Source of the DNA: an uncultured Clostridia bacterium
GTDB lineage: Bacteria; Bacillota; Clostridia; TANB77; CAG-508
Reading direction: 5' to 3'
DNA length: 58,408 bases
Assembly (NCBI GenBank): GCA_944387395.1
Contig: CALXEU010000038.1
Span: 1-58,408 of the forward strand
Positions 37,566 through 47,865 of the stretch are shown here, piece by piece. Numbering within the stretch: position 1 is the first letter of the stretch; the number at the start of each line of letters is the position of its first letter. The notes below the pieces were generated by a model. That model was not told where the DNA came from and searched no databases. It saw only the letters and a list, made by a program, of their open reading frames with translations. Both the position numbers and the translations under genes were made by a program.

Positions 37566-37808
37566 ATGGATGAAAAAACAATGGTAAATGATATATTAGA
37601 CTCTGTAAAATCAAGCCTAAAAACTTATCAAGGAGTTATAACAGAAACAGAAGATATGCAACTTAGACAAACAATACAACAAATAAGAAACAATGAAGAA
37701 TGTTTCCAATATGAACTATTTAAAGTAGCTCAAACTAAAGGATATTATATGCCAGCAGAAAAAGCAAATCAAAATCAAATACAAAATGTAAAAACACAAT
37801 TACAATAA
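37566..37808 (+). CDS. CotF-family spore coat protein-like (80 aa)
   Basis: 'DEKTMVNDILDSVKSSLKTYQGVITETE...LRQTIQQIRNN.E..QYEL' shows the coat F domain pattern. Confidence 0.65.
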   Translation: MDEKTMVNDILDSVKSSLKTYQGVITETEDMQLRQTIQQIRNNEECFQYELFKVAQTKGYYMPAEKANQNQIQNVKTQLQ

Positions 37809-38056
37809 CTTAATAAATAATCAAAATATATCATAAAATTAAAATTACAGTTTAGGTTAATAGAAGTTTAATGTTATACAAAACCAAAAAAATTAATAAC
37901 ATTTATACATTAAAATAATAAAGCCTAAACTGTAAAAATTTAAATTATTATATTACATTTTGAAAAAAACTCTTGTTAAAAATAAAAAAATAATGTACAA
38001 TGTATGCAATTAAAATGAATAGGAAGTGAATTACCATAAATATATTAAAAAAATGT

Positions 38057-39025
38057 ATGCCACATGTTAGAAGCATGCTAAAAATAGTAATTTTAATAAT
38101 ACTAGCAGGATTAGCAATTGTGGGTATAACTTCATACTTTTATAAACCTACATATAGTGTCACATTAAATGGAGAGTTTTTAGGATACACACAAGACAAA
38201 AGCAATTTACAAGAAAGAATAAATGAGGCAATACAAAAAGGTAATGGAGGAACTGTAGCATTTGTACAAATAGATAACATGCCTACATATAAGTTATGCT
38301 TATTAAAGAAAAATATAAAAACAAATGATGACGAAATATATAACGAAGTAATAAAACAGGGAACTACATATTATAGATATTACGCAGTCTTAGAAGACGA
38401 TGAAGAAAAATATTACATAGCAAATTTTGATGAAGCAGAAAGTGTAATAGAACAGCTAAAGGAAAAAGAAAGTACAAATTCAGATAAAATAAGTATTGTG
38501 GAAACATATAATACCACAGAGCCTGAATACACAGATGCAGAAACATGTGTTAATGAATTATACAAAAAGAAGGTAGTAGTAAATACATATAGCAGTGGAA
38601 CAGTAGTTGCTGCTAAATCAATGAATACATCAAATAATGTTGTTCCATTAGGAATAAGTTTAATAAGACCAGTAACAGGAGTTATTACATCCAGATATGG
38701 CCCACGTAGTAGCAACAATCATAAGGGAATAGATATAGGAGCAGGGTATGGAACAAGTATATATGCTGCAGCTGCTGGAACTGTTACGGTATCTTCTTAT
38801 GGATATAATGGAGGATATGGAAATTATATAATAATATCACATGGAAATGGAGTAGAAACACTATATGGACATTGTAGTTCATTATGTGTAACAGCAGGAA
38901 CGAAGGTATCTCAAGGACAACTAATTGCAAAAGTTGGTTCGACTGGAAGATCATCTGGCAATCATTTACACTTAGAAATTAGGGTGAATGGAGTAACTCA
39001 AAATCCACAAAATTATGTATATTAA
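38057..39025 (+). CDS. Membrane-anchored M23 (LytM) peptidoglycan metalloendopeptidase
   Basis: 'HKGIDIGA', 'GYGNYIIISHGNG..TLYGH', 'GSTGRSSGNHLHLEIR'. Confidence 0.85.
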   Translation: MPHVRSMLKIVILIILAGLAIVGITSYFYKPTYSVTLNGEFLGYTQDKSNLQERINEAIQKGNGGTVAFVQIDNMPTYKLCLLKKNIKTNDDEIYNEVIKQGTTYYRYYAVLEDDEEKYYIANFDEAESVIEQLKEKESTNSDKISIVETYNTTEPEYTDAETCVNELYKKKVVVNTYSSGTVVAAKSMNTSNNVVPLGISLIRPVTGVITSRYGPRSSNNHKGIDIGAGYGTSIYAAAAGTVTVSSYGYNGGYGNYIIISHGNGVETLYGHCSSLCVTAGTKVSQGQLIAKVGSTGRSSGNHLHLEIRVNGVTQNPQNYVY

Positions 39026-39070
39026 AAAATAATGAATTCTAATTTATATTAGAGTTCATTATTTTTTTCA

Positions 39071-39715
39071 TTATTTTTCTACAAAATACTTTTCACAAGT
39101 TTTAATGGCATTATTTTTTACTACAACTTTACCAACCTCATAAATCTTTGCGATAAAAGAAGCATTTGGAGTAATGTAAGTTCCAAATTCTGTTACAGTT
39201 GAATAAAATTCTTTCCAATTAGAATATTTAAGATTTATATTGCTTAAAATTAAATAAAAATAGTTGTTGAAAGAATATAAAGAAATATTCTTAGCTAATC
39301 TACTTGTTCCAGATAATTTAGAATTATGTAAAAAATTAACAAATTCACAAAAATCATCAAAACAATTAAAACGATAAACTAACGAGGCAAATTGCAAGGC
39401 CGAAACTGGATTCTTCCTTGAGACTTTAGGTTTTTTCTTACCAAGGACACCGGTACCAACTTTTCCAGAATCTTTAATTCTAGTAATAGTTAAAATAAAT
39501 CCACCATTATCCAAAGCAAGAGTTTCAACTCTTAATCTATAATTATCAGTGCAAAATCCATAATCTTTTTCTGCCTTATCTAAAACAGATAAAAATAGAG
39601 ACTGAGTTTCTGAAGAATTAGACATAAAAGAGTGAAGATCTATATCATTTGCTTCTAAATCGTCCATACTTAATGTGATTTTTATTTTATCATTATTAAC
39701 TTTTTCAAACTTCAT
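39071..39715 (-). CDS. mecA: Adaptor protein MecA
   Basis: 'MKFEKVNNDKIKITLSMDDLE..DI' is the canonical MecA N-terminus. The Met at 39715 is preferred over 39736. Confidence 0.8.
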   Translation of the reverse strand: MKFEKVNNDKIKITLSMDDLEANDIDLHSFMSNSSETQSLFLSVLDKAEKDYGFCTDNYRLRVETLALDNGGFILTITRIKDSGKVGTGVLGKKKPKVSRKNPVSALQFASLVYRFNCFDDFCEFVNFLHNSKLSGTSRLAKNISLYSFNNYFYLILSNINLKYSNWKEFYSTVTEFGTYITPNASFIAKIYEVGKVVVKNNAIKTCEKYFVEK

Positions 39716-40035
39716 ATAGTAAACACGCACCTCCAAAGAAAATATATTAAGATTTTTTATAATATCAATTAAATATATTATACTATAAAAAGATACTTAA
39801 TTAAATGAACAATATATGGAAAAATTATATTTATATATTATATTAAAATTTCCTAAAAATGTAATATTTAATATAACATAAAAAACAATAAAAATAAAGT
39901 ATATAATGATGATTTTTTTAAAATATTACATTAATTAAATTAAACTATTGAAAAAAATTTCAAATCAATATATAATACACAATATAAAAATACAAAAACA
40001 AAAAGAGAAAATAAAAATAACAAACGGAGGAAAAA

Positions 40036-40290
40036 ATGAAGGGAAAGGGATCGTGGGTATGTATACTATTCATACTAGCAGGATTAGTAATTGGAGGACT
40101 AATTGGGAATCTAACATCAGGAGTAGATTTTTTATGGTGGTTATCATATGGACAAGACTTTGGCATAGCAGATCCTCTAATATTAGATTTACAAGTAGTA
40201 AAATTAACATTTGCAATAGTATTTAAAATAAACATAGCTAGCATAATAGGAGTAATAATCTCATTATTCATATATAGAAAATTTGCTTAA
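40036..40290 (+). CDS. DUF4321-type small membrane protein
   Basis: 'ILAGLVIGGLIGNL' and a conserved position upstream of radC-mreB in Clostridia. Confidence 0.65.
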   Translation: MKGKGSWVCILFILAGLVIGGLIGNLTSGVDFLWWLSYGQDFGIADPLILDLQVVKLTFAIVFKINIASIIGVIISLFIYRKFA

Positions 40291-40314
40291 ATAAAATAGG
40301 GTAGAAAGGAAAAA

Positions 40315-41004
40315 ATGAAAATAAAACAACTACCCGAATCAGAAAGACCATACGAAAAAATGCAAATGTATGGAGCAGAATACTTATCAAATTCAGAATT
40401 ATTAGCAATAATAATAAAAACTGGAACAAAAGAAAAAACGTCGGTAGAACTAGCACAAGAAATATTATCAATAGGAGAAAAAAGCCAGAATAACCTTAAT
40501 TTCTTGCAAGATATATCTATAGAAGAATTTCAACAAATTAAAGGAATAGGAAAAGTTAAAGCTATACAACTAAAAGCAGTAGTAGAACTAACAAAAAGAA
40601 TTTCTAGACCAATAGAAAAGAAAAATATAATAATAAAGTCAAGTATAGATGTAGCAGAAGTTCTAATGAATGAAATGAGATTTGAAAAAAGAGAAAAAGT
40701 AAAATTAATGATTTTAAATAAAAAAAATATATTATTAAAAATTATTGATGTTTCCTATGGAGGAACCAATTTAGCAATAATAGAACCAAAAGACATATTA
40801 TCAGAACCGATAAAAATTGGAGCACCGAAGATATTATTGGCACATAATCATCCTACAGGAGATCCAACGCCAAGCAAGAAGGATATAGAAATAACTAAAA
40901 GGTTATACAATGCTGGAAAAATATTAGGAATAGAATTAATTGACCATATAGTTATAGGAAATGACAAATACAAAAGTGTATTCATAGAAGGAGAGTTAAG
41001 ATAA
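40315..41004 (+). CDS. radC: RadC-family JAB-domain protein
   Basis: 'ERPYEK....G...LSNSELLAIII.TG', an HhH region, and the JAMM motif 'HNHPTGDPTPS..D'. Confidence 0.9.
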   Translation: MKIKQLPESERPYEKMQMYGAEYLSNSELLAIIIKTGTKEKTSVELAQEILSIGEKSQNNLNFLQDISIEEFQQIKGIGKVKAIQLKAVVELTKRISRPIEKKNIIIKSSIDVAEVLMNEMRFEKREKVKLMILNKKNILLKIIDVSYGGTNLAIIEPKDILSEPIKIGAPKILLAHNHPTGDPTPSKKDIEITKRLYNAGKILGIELIDHIVIGNDKYKSVFIEGELR

Positions 41005-41006
41005 TT

Positions 41007-42035
41007 ATGAGTTTATTTTCACTAGTTTCAAAAGATATTGGGATTGATTTAGGTACATCAAACATTCTAATTACTGTAAAAGGAAAGGGTATAGTTTTAA
41101 ATGAACCCGCAGTTGTTGCAATAGACATGAGAAAAAATGAGATTGTTGCAACAGGCTTTGAAGCAAAAGAAATGTTAGGAAGAACTCCAGAACAAATAAG
41201 AGCTGTAAAGCCAATGAAAGATGGAGTAATTGCAGATTTAACAGCAACTAGCTTAATGATAAGAAATATAATGAATAAAGTATGTAAAAGATATAATTGT
41301 GGAAAGCCTAGAGTTGTTGTCGGAGTACCATCTGGAATTACCGAGGTTGAAGAAAGGGCAGTTCAAGAAGCTATAACAAGCGCAGGTGCAAGAGAAGTTT
41401 ATCTCATAGAAGAACCTATGGCAGCAGCAATAGGCTCTGGGTTAGATGTAGCAGAGCCTACTGGTAGTATGATAGTAGATATTGGAGGAGGAACAACAGA
41501 AGTTGCTGTAATATCACTTGGAGGAATAGTGGTTAGCGACTCTATAAAAGTTGCAGGCAATACACTTGATCAAGACATAATAAACTATATAAAAAATAAT
41601 CTTGATTTAGCTGTAGGAGACACAACAGCAGAACAAATAAAAATAGAATTAGGATGTGCAATTCCTCAGGTATCAAAGAAAACAATGGAAATAAGCGGTA
41701 GAGATTTAAATACAGGTCTACCAGAAACAAAAATCATAACATCAGAACAAGTATGTGAAGCAATGGAAGTTTCTATATCAAAAATAGTTGAACTTGTAAA
41801 AACAACGCTAGAAAAAACTCCTCCTGAACTTGCAGCAGATATAGTAGAAAGAGGAATAACACTAGCTGGAGGAGGAGCTTTAATAAAAGATATAGATATG
41901 TTAATTTCTAAGAAAACTGAAATACCAGTCTATGTTGCAGAACATCCACTAGAATGTGTAGCAAATGGAACAAGTAAAACAATACAAGATATAGAAAAAC
42001 TTAAAATAGCAACAATGAATATCAGAAAAAGATAA
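41007..42035 (+). CDS. mreB: Rod shape-determining protein MreB
   Basis: 'IGIDLGTSN', 'VAID', 'IEEPMAAAIG', 'DIGGGTTEVAVISLGG'. Confidence 0.95.
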   Translation: MSLFSLVSKDIGIDLGTSNILITVKGKGIVLNEPAVVAIDMRKNEIVATGFEAKEMLGRTPEQIRAVKPMKDGVIADLTATSLMIRNIMNKVCKRYNCGKPRVVVGVPSGITEVEERAVQEAITSAGAREVYLIEEPMAAAIGSGLDVAEPTGSMIVDIGGGTTEVAVISLGGIVVSDSIKVAGNTLDQDIINYIKNNLDLAVGDTTAEQIKIELGCAIPQVSKKTMEISGRDLNTGLPETKIITSEQVCEAMEVSISKIVELVKTTLEKTPPELAADIVERGITLAGGGALIKDIDMLISKKTEIPVYVAEHPLECVANGTSKTIQDIEKLKIATMNIRKR

Positions 42036-42059
42036 AAACAAATTTAGAGGAGAAGCTAA

Positions 42060-42875
42060 ATGCGAAAAAATAAAAAAACTGGAATTGTTGGAGTAATTAT
42101 TACTACTATAGTTTTAGTAATTATTGTTATTATGTCTAACATAAATATAGAAGATATGTCTAATGTAGAAAGTATACTTAGTACTTTGGTAATGCCAGTG
42201 CAAAATGGAATAACATATCTTAAAAATAAAATAAAAGGTAATAACGATTTTTTTACAGATATATCTGCACTAAAGCAAGAAAATGAAGAATTAAAGAAAA
42301 AAAATGATGAAATTGCACAGCAATTAAGAGAGTTTGAGATTATAAAAGCAGAAAATGAAACACTAAAAGAATATGTAAATTTAAAAGACAAATATACAGA
42401 ATATCAAACTGTTCCAGCCTATATTATAAATAGAGATATAAGCAATTATAATAACATAGTAATTATAAATGTAGGAGAAGATGATGGAATAAAAGTAAAC
42501 ATGCCTGTAATTGCTAACAATGGATTAGTAGGACATGTAATATCTGTAACTAAAAATACTTCAAAAGTTCAAACTTTATTAGATACATCAAGTGCAGTAA
42601 GTGGGGTAGCTGGAACTGCCAGAGACACACTAATTTTAAAAGGAAATTTGGAGCAAGAAAATATGTTAAAAGGAACATATATACAAACTACTGCAAGCAT
42701 ACTAGAAGGAGATAAAGTAGAAACATCTGGACTAGGAGGAATATATCCAAAAGGAATTACAATAGGTACAATAAAACAAATAATAAATACAAAAAATCTA
42801 AGTAATAGATATGCTCTAATAGAACCTGCAGTTAATATAGAAAAAGTAGAAACTGTTTTGGTAATCACAAACTGA
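42060..42875 (+). CDS. mreC: Rod shape-determining protein MreC
   Basis: N-terminal TM, a coiled coil ('ENEELKKKNDE'), and a C-terminal 'V.TSGLGGIYPKGI.IG' motif. Confidence 0.9.
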   Translation: MRKNKKTGIVGVIITTIVLVIIVIMSNINIEDMSNVESILSTLVMPVQNGITYLKNKIKGNNDFFTDISALKQENEELKKKNDEIAQQLREFEIIKAENETLKEYVNLKDKYTEYQTVPAYIINRDISNYNNIVIINVGEDDGIKVNMPVIANNGLVGHVISVTKNTSKVQTLLDTSSAVSGVAGTARDTLILKGNLEQENMLKGTYIQTTASILEGDKVETSGLGGIYPKGITIGTIKQIINTKNLSNRYALIEPAVNIEKVETVLVITN

Positions 42876-42960
42876 TTATACACAATAAAATAGGAATATA
42901 GGCATTAATACGAACATTGTAAGTAATAATTTTATAAATTGAGGAAGGAAGGTAAAAAAA

Positions 42961-43494
42961 TTGAAAAAGGCAATATCTGTTATATGTTTAATATTAACTT
43001 TCTTTCTAATTTACTTTTTACAGTCTAATTTTTTTACATGGTTTACAATAGCTGGAGTGATGCCTAATTTATTTATTATATTAGTACTATTCATAGGATT
43101 ATATGTAAAGAAAAAAATGGGTTTAAAATTAGGAATTTTATTCGGATTATATCTGGATATAGTTTTAGGGAGTAACATAGGAATATATACAATATGCTTA
43201 GGAGGAATAGGAATATTTGGAGAAATCTTAAGTAAAAACTTCTCTAAAGACAGCAGATTTATTGTAACACTAATGGTAATAATATCAACTATATTATTTG
43301 AAACTACAGCATATATTTTAGGTATTTTAAGAAGCGGAGGGAGCTTAGAGCTTATAGCTTTTTTTAAAATACTATTAATTGAGGTTATATTTAATACATT
43401 AATAACGATAATAATATATCCAATTATTAAAAAGGCAGGATATTATTTAGAAAATTTATTCGATGACAAATTTATGATTACAAGATATTTTTAA
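42961..43494 (+). CDS. mreD: Rod shape-determining protein MreD
   Basis: TTG start. The polytopic 177-aa membrane protein lies directly after mreC. Confidence 0.8.
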   Translation: MKKAISVICLILTFFLIYFLQSNFFTWFTIAGVMPNLFIILVLFIGLYVKKKMGLKLGILFGLYLDIVLGSNIGIYTICLGGIGIFGEILSKNFSKDSRFIVTLMVIISTILFETTAYILGILRSGGSLELIAFFKILLIEVIFNTLITIIIYPIIKKAGYYLENLFDDKFMITRYF

Positions 43495-43561
43495 TATATA
43501 TAATCTTAATATAAATTTATCATACATTTATCTAGTCTGGATATAAAAAGAAGGTGGAAAG

Positions 43562-45664
43562 TTGGGGAAAAATAAAGATAAAAAAGATAGAATAAGGTAT
43601 AATTTAATGACAATAATTGTATATATTGTTGGAATAATCTTGCTAGCACAATTATTTAACCTTCAAATAATACATGGACAAGAATATAGAGAAACATCTA
43701 ATGTAAGACTTACTCGAGAAAGTACATTGGAAGCAGACAGAGGAACAATATACGATAGCTCTGGAACAATTCTTGCAGGAGTGCAAAAGAATAATACGGT
43801 TGTATTATATAAAACAAACGTAGAAACAAAAGTTCTAAATAATACGATATTAGAACTTATAAATATTTTAATAAAAAATGGGGATACTTACGAAGATGAA
43901 TTTTTAGTAGATATCAATCCGTTTAGATTTAAATTAACAGAAGAGGAAAGTCAAAAAAATTGGAAAAAGGCAAACAATATAGATGAAAATGCTACCGCCG
44001 AGGAAGTTTTTTATTATTTTAAGGATAAGTATGAAATAGAGACAGATAACATAGAAGATGCTAGAAAAATAATTGCGATAAGGTATTTAATTTCATATAA
44101 AGGATATAGTAGTACTAAATCATTAACTATAGCAAGTAATATAAGTTTGGAAAGTGTACACGAAATAAACGAACCTAGTACAAGTTTGTCAGGAGTAGAA
44201 GTTAAAGAAGGTTCAGAAAGGGTATATCCAAATGGAAGTTTGGCAGCGCATATATTAGGCAGAATCGGAAAAATAGAAGAATCAGAGCTTGAAGGAAATG
44301 AAGATATATATGATCAAAACGATATTATTGGAAAATCTGGAATTGAGTATGTATTTGAAAAGTATCTAAAAGGTACAGATGGCGTTAAACAAATAGATAT
44401 GGATGTAAATGGAGTTATAACCGACGAATATACAGCAAAAGAGGCAATTGCTGGAAGTAATGTTGTACTTACAATAGACTCAAAATTACAGGCTGTAACT
44501 CAAGAAGCGCTAAGAAAAAATATTGAGAAAATAGCAAGTGGAGGATTTGGAAGTGTATCAGCTGCAGATGCAGGTGCAGCTGTTGTGTTAAAAATAAAAA
44601 CTGGAGAAGTATTAGCGATGGCGAGTTATCCAGACTTCAATCCATCAGTATTTGTAAATGGAATTGACAATGAAACATGGAACTATTATATTAACGGAAA
44701 CACAAAACCATTAGAAAACAAAGCTATATCTGCACAATACTCACCAGGCTCAACATTTAAAATGGCAACAGCAATTGCTGGGCTAGAAACAGGAGCAATT
44801 ACAATAGATGAAAAAATAAATGACACTGGTGTATACAAAAAATATAATAGTCAGTGGAAATGTTGGCTATATAAAAGCTATGGATATGGACACGGTAGGA
44901 TAAGCGTATCTGATGCAATAAAAAAATCATGTAACTATTTTTTCTATGAATTAGGAGATAGACTAGGAATAGACACGCTTGCAAAATATGCATATTACTT
45001 AGGTTTGGGACATAAAACTGGAATAGAATTATCAGATGAAATTAACGGTATACTTGCAAGTACTGAAATAGCAAAGCAAGAAAACAGAGTTTGGAATCCA
45101 GGAGAAACAATTTCTGCAGCAATAGGACAAAGTTATAATACATTCACACCTTTACAGATGGCAAAGTATATGGCAATGATTGCAAATGGAGGAAAGAAAA
45201 TAGATGTAACTATTGTTAAATCTATTATAAATGCAGATGGAAGCGAAGTACCAAGAGGTGAATATGAAAGTTATGTTGATGAAAAACTAGGATTAACTCC
45301 AGATACAACCGAAGAAATGACATTTAATCAAGAAAACATAAATGCAATTTTGAAAGGTATGAGAGGAGTTACAAGTGAGTCAGATGGTACAGCATACAGC
45401 ACATTTAAAGATTTTGATATTGAAGTAGGAGGAAAAACAGGTTCGGCTCAAACAGGAATAGAAGGATATACAAATGCTTGGTTTGTTGGATTTGCGCCAT
45501 ATGATGATCCAGAAATCGCAGTTGTTGTATTTGTACGAAACGGAGGAAGTGGAGGCTATACAGCTGAGGTTGCAAAAGAAATAATAGCTCAATATTACGG
45601 AATGAATATAAATCAAGTAACAGAAGATGAAAACGCATTACCAACTACGCAAATTATAAACTAG
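43562..45664 (+). CDS. mrdA: Penicillin-binding protein 2 (class B transpeptidase)
   Basis: 'SPGSTFK' (SxxK), 'KSCN' (SxN), 'KTGSAQ' (KTG), and an N-terminal TM. Confidence 0.9.
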   Translation: MGKNKDKKDRIRYNLMTIIVYIVGIILLAQLFNLQIIHGQEYRETSNVRLTRESTLEADRGTIYDSSGTILAGVQKNNTVVLYKTNVETKVLNNTILELINILIKNGDTYEDEFLVDINPFRFKLTEEESQKNWKKANNIDENATAEEVFYYFKDKYEIETDNIEDARKIIAIRYLISYKGYSSTKSLTIASNISLESVHEINEPSTSLSGVEVKEGSERVYPNGSLAAHILGRIGKIEESELEGNEDIYDQNDIIGKSGIEYVFEKYLKGTDGVKQIDMDVNGVITDEYTAKEAIAGSNVVLTIDSKLQAVTQEALRKNIEKIASGGFGSVSAADAGAAVVLKIKTGEVLAMASYPDFNPSVFVNGIDNETWNYYINGNTKPLENKAISAQYSPGSTFKMATAIAGLETGAITIDEKINDTGVYKKYNSQWKCWLYKSYGYGHGRISVSDAIKKSCNYFFYELGDRLGIDTLAKYAYYLGLGHKTGIELSDEINGILASTEIAKQENRVWNPGETISAAIGQSYNTFTPLQMAKYMAMIANGGKKIDVTIVKSIINADGSEVPRGEYESYVDEKLGLTPDTTEEMTFNQENINAILKGMRGVTSESDGTAYSTFKDFDIEVGGKTGSAQTGIEGYTNAWFVGFAPYDDPEIAVVVFVRNGGSGGYTAEVAKEIIAQYYGMNINQVTEDENALPTTQIIN

Positions 45665-45769
45665 CGAATTGGAATGATAGAAATAAGGGTATATTAAATT
45701 TGCAAATTTAATACACCCTTTAAAATATGGAATTTTAAATAGAAGCAAATATTAGAAAGGGACAAAATA

Positions 45770-46387
45770 ATGAAAAGTTGTTTAACAATAAATTTAAGAA
45801 AAAATAGAATAGTAATAAAAATTAGTGAAGATTCTGATCAGGAAACAATAATGTACTCTTTAAGAAAAAAAATCCCGGAATTAAAGAAATTATATAAAGA
45901 AGATACTACGCCAATTGTAATAGCTGGTAAAGTCTTAAAAAATAAAGAAATAGATGAAATTCAAGAATTAATAAAAAAATACATTGATGTAGAGATAGAA
46001 TTTGAAAGCCCAAGAACACTTGGATTATATGGAATAACAAAAGCGTACAATAAGGAAATTGCAACCTCAGATACAAAATTCCATAGAGGAGCATTAAGGT
46101 CTGGACAAAAATTAGAACATGAGGGAAGTCTAGTTGTGCTAGGAGATGTAAACGATGGTGCTGAGGTAATTGCTAGTGATAATATAGTTATTCTAGGCGC
46201 CTTAAGAGGATTAGCACATGCAGGAGCTAAAGGTAATAGAGAAGCAATTATTGCAGCAAGTTCTATAGAAGCGCCTCAACTTAGAATTGCCGATGTAGTA
46301 AAAGAAAGAGAAAGAGAGGAAATACAAGAAAATACTAAAAAAACTTATGCTTCATTAGACTCAAATAACAATATGATTATTGAATAA
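45770..46387 (+). CDS. minC: Septum site-determining protein MinC
   Basis: C-terminal beta-helix region 'GSLVVLGDVNDGAEVIASDNIVILGALRGLAHAG'. Confidence 0.85.
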   Translation: MKSCLTINLRKNRIVIKISEDSDQETIMYSLRKKIPELKKLYKEDTTPIVIAGKVLKNKEIDEIQELIKKYIDVEIEFESPRTLGLYGITKAYNKEIATSDTKFHRGALRSGQKLEHEGSLVVLGDVNDGAEVIASDNIVILGALRGLAHAGAKGNREAIIAASSIEAPQLRIADVVKEREREEIQENTKKTYASLDSNNNMIIE

Positions 46388-46403
46388 TATACTTAAGAAC
46401 AAA

Positions 46404-46441
46404 AAACTGCTACCTACAAATGAAATTAAGGTAGCAGTTTT
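46404..46441. terminator. Bidirectional hairpin terminator between minC and the convergent operon
   Basis: AAACTGCTACC (46404-46414) pairs with GGTAGCAGTTT (46430-46440). Confidence 0.7.
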
Positions 46442-46805
46442 ATGATAGAAGGAGTAAAACTAATACTAACATTAAAATATAATCGTCTGATTTTTCTGAG
46501 TACAAAAAGAACAACAGGCATAAGATAAGTATATCATCTAATCCTAAACTAATACCAAAAATATTAATAAAGCTAGAGTTACTCTCAGGAGACTCTTTAA
46601 ATGATTTTAATTCTGAATTAGACGAAAAATTGGTATTGGTAAATTTATTATTATTTGAATTGGAAGAATGTTTGAAATTATGTGAAGGAGAATTGGATAT
46701 ATTTATTTTACCAATATTATAATTTGATTTTTTATTCGCATTAAGATTTGGATTAAAATACTTATTATAATTTGGAAAACCAAAATAAGGATAATTAGGA
46801 ATCAT
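46440..46805 (-). CDS. Asn/Ser-rich small protein with C-terminal TM helix (121 aa)
   Basis: The start ATG at 46805 overlaps the upstream stop (ATGATTCCTAA), with GGTGGTGA as a possible SD. A low-complexity N-terminal half is followed by 'ILILCLLFFLY...LMLVLVLLLLS'. Confidence 0.5.
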   Translation of the reverse strand: MIPNYPYFGFPNYNKYFNPNLNANKKSNYNIGKINISNSPSHNFKHSSNSNNNKFTNTNFSSNSELKSFKESPESNSSFINIFGISLGLDDILILCLLFFLYSEKSDDYILMLVLVLLLLS

Positions 46806-47166
46806 TATTATCACCACCAGAATTATTCATAAGCTTCATAATATTCCCAATACTTAATAACCCAATATACTCATCAACCTTAGCTTGCCTACTAGGTTTT
46901 AAATATGGTTTTAAAGATCGTAATAAATTTGCACCAGAACTATTTTGCGAAGAATTCATAGCAGACATTATTTGTTGAATCTTTAAAAGAGTGTTCATAT
47001 CAATATTAGAAAAATCAAAAGAAGAATTATTAGAATTCTCATTATTATTTGAGTTATTAGTAGAAGTTTGAGAATTAGAGGCAAAGGAATTTAACATTTC
47101 CTTAATATTATCTGGAATTTGACCGGATTGCATCATTTGTGAAAAATTTTTCATCATATCTTCCAT
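46795..47166 (-). CDS. Asn/Ser/Met-rich small protein (123 aa)
   Basis: GGAGG RBS. The pattern is 'MEDMMKNFSQMMQSGQ', then a poly-N/S tract, then 'LLRSLKPYLKPSRQAKVDEY'. Confidence 0.55.
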   Translation of the reverse strand: MEDMMKNFSQMMQSGQIPDNIKEMLNSFASNSQTSTNNSNNNENSNNSSFDFSNIDMNTLLKIQQIMSAMNSSQNSSGANLLRSLKPYLKPSRQAKVDEYIGLLSIGNIMKLMNNSGGDNNDS

Positions 47167-47200
47167 ATTAATAAAACCTCCAATTCATCAAAATGAAATA

Positions 47201-47389
47201 CTAGAACTTTTTAAAATTACAATTGTTATTATTTTGGCAACTATTATTATTTAGGTTATTCATAAATGCTTGAGGTCCTCCATTTGCATTAACAATAGAC
47301 TGAGCCTGATTCATCATAGCTTGAAGCTGGTTTTTATCCATTTTTGAAAGCATATTCATCATATCATTAAAATTCATATTATTATTCAT
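47201..47389 (-). CDS. Asn/Met/Gln-rich small protein (62 aa)
   Basis: GGAGTG RBS 9 nt before Met 47389. 'NFNDMMNMLSKMDKNQLQAMMNQAQ' shares the DMM.N..S.M motif with 46795-47166. Confidence 0.45.
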   Translation of the reverse strand: MNNNMNFNDMMNMLSKMDKNQLQAMMNQAQSIVNANGGPQAFMNNLNNNSCQNNNNCNFKKF

Positions 47390-47598
47390 AAATATAATCA
47401 CTCCATTTATAAAATTTTAGATATTATATAATATGATATATATTGGAAAAATGTTACACAATTTTTTAAATCCACTATTGACAAGCAAGGCTAGTTTAGT
47501 TTATAATAATAAGCGTGTAACTAAATACATACAAAAGGATACAAAAAATCCCGTACGAATGCAATAACAGGAATGCACCGGAAGGAGGGGAATTATAA

Positions 47599-47769
47599 AT
47601 GTCAGAAATTAAAGTAAATAATGGAAATATAGAAGATGCCTTAAAAAGATTCAAGAGACAATGTGCTAGAAATGGAGTATTACAAGAGGTACGTAAAAGA
47701 GAACATTATGAAAAACCTAGTGTAAAGAGAAAGAAAAAATCAGAGGCAGCTAGAAAAAGAAAATTTTAA
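47599..47769 (+). CDS. rpsU: 30S ribosomal protein S21 (56 aa; below ORF-track cutoff)
   Basis: Translation is '[56 protein letters not shown]'. A GGAGGGG RBS precedes it and yqeY follows. Confidence 0.92.
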   Translation: MSEIKVNNGNIEDALKRFKRQCARNGVLQEVRKREHYEKPSVKRKKKSEAARKRKF

Positions 47770-47788
47770 TTAAATTTAAATAAGAAAA

Positions 47789-47836
47789 GGGGCGTTTTCA
47801 AAATATAGGTAATATATATATTTTGAAAACGCCTTT
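47789..47836 (+). terminator. Intrinsic terminator after rpsU
   Basis: Long hairpin GGGGCGTTTTCAAAATATA...TATATTTTGAAAACGCC. Confidence 0.75.
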
Positions 47837-47865
47837 AGGTTTATAAAACCAGAAAGGAAGAAAAA

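Noticed and set aside
39948-40271. 92-aa plus-strand and 103-aa minus-strand ORFs overlapping the DUF4321 gene
   Set aside because: The frame 40036-40290 has a GGAGG RBS and the recognisable DUF4321 N-terminus. The others are out-of-frame shadows.
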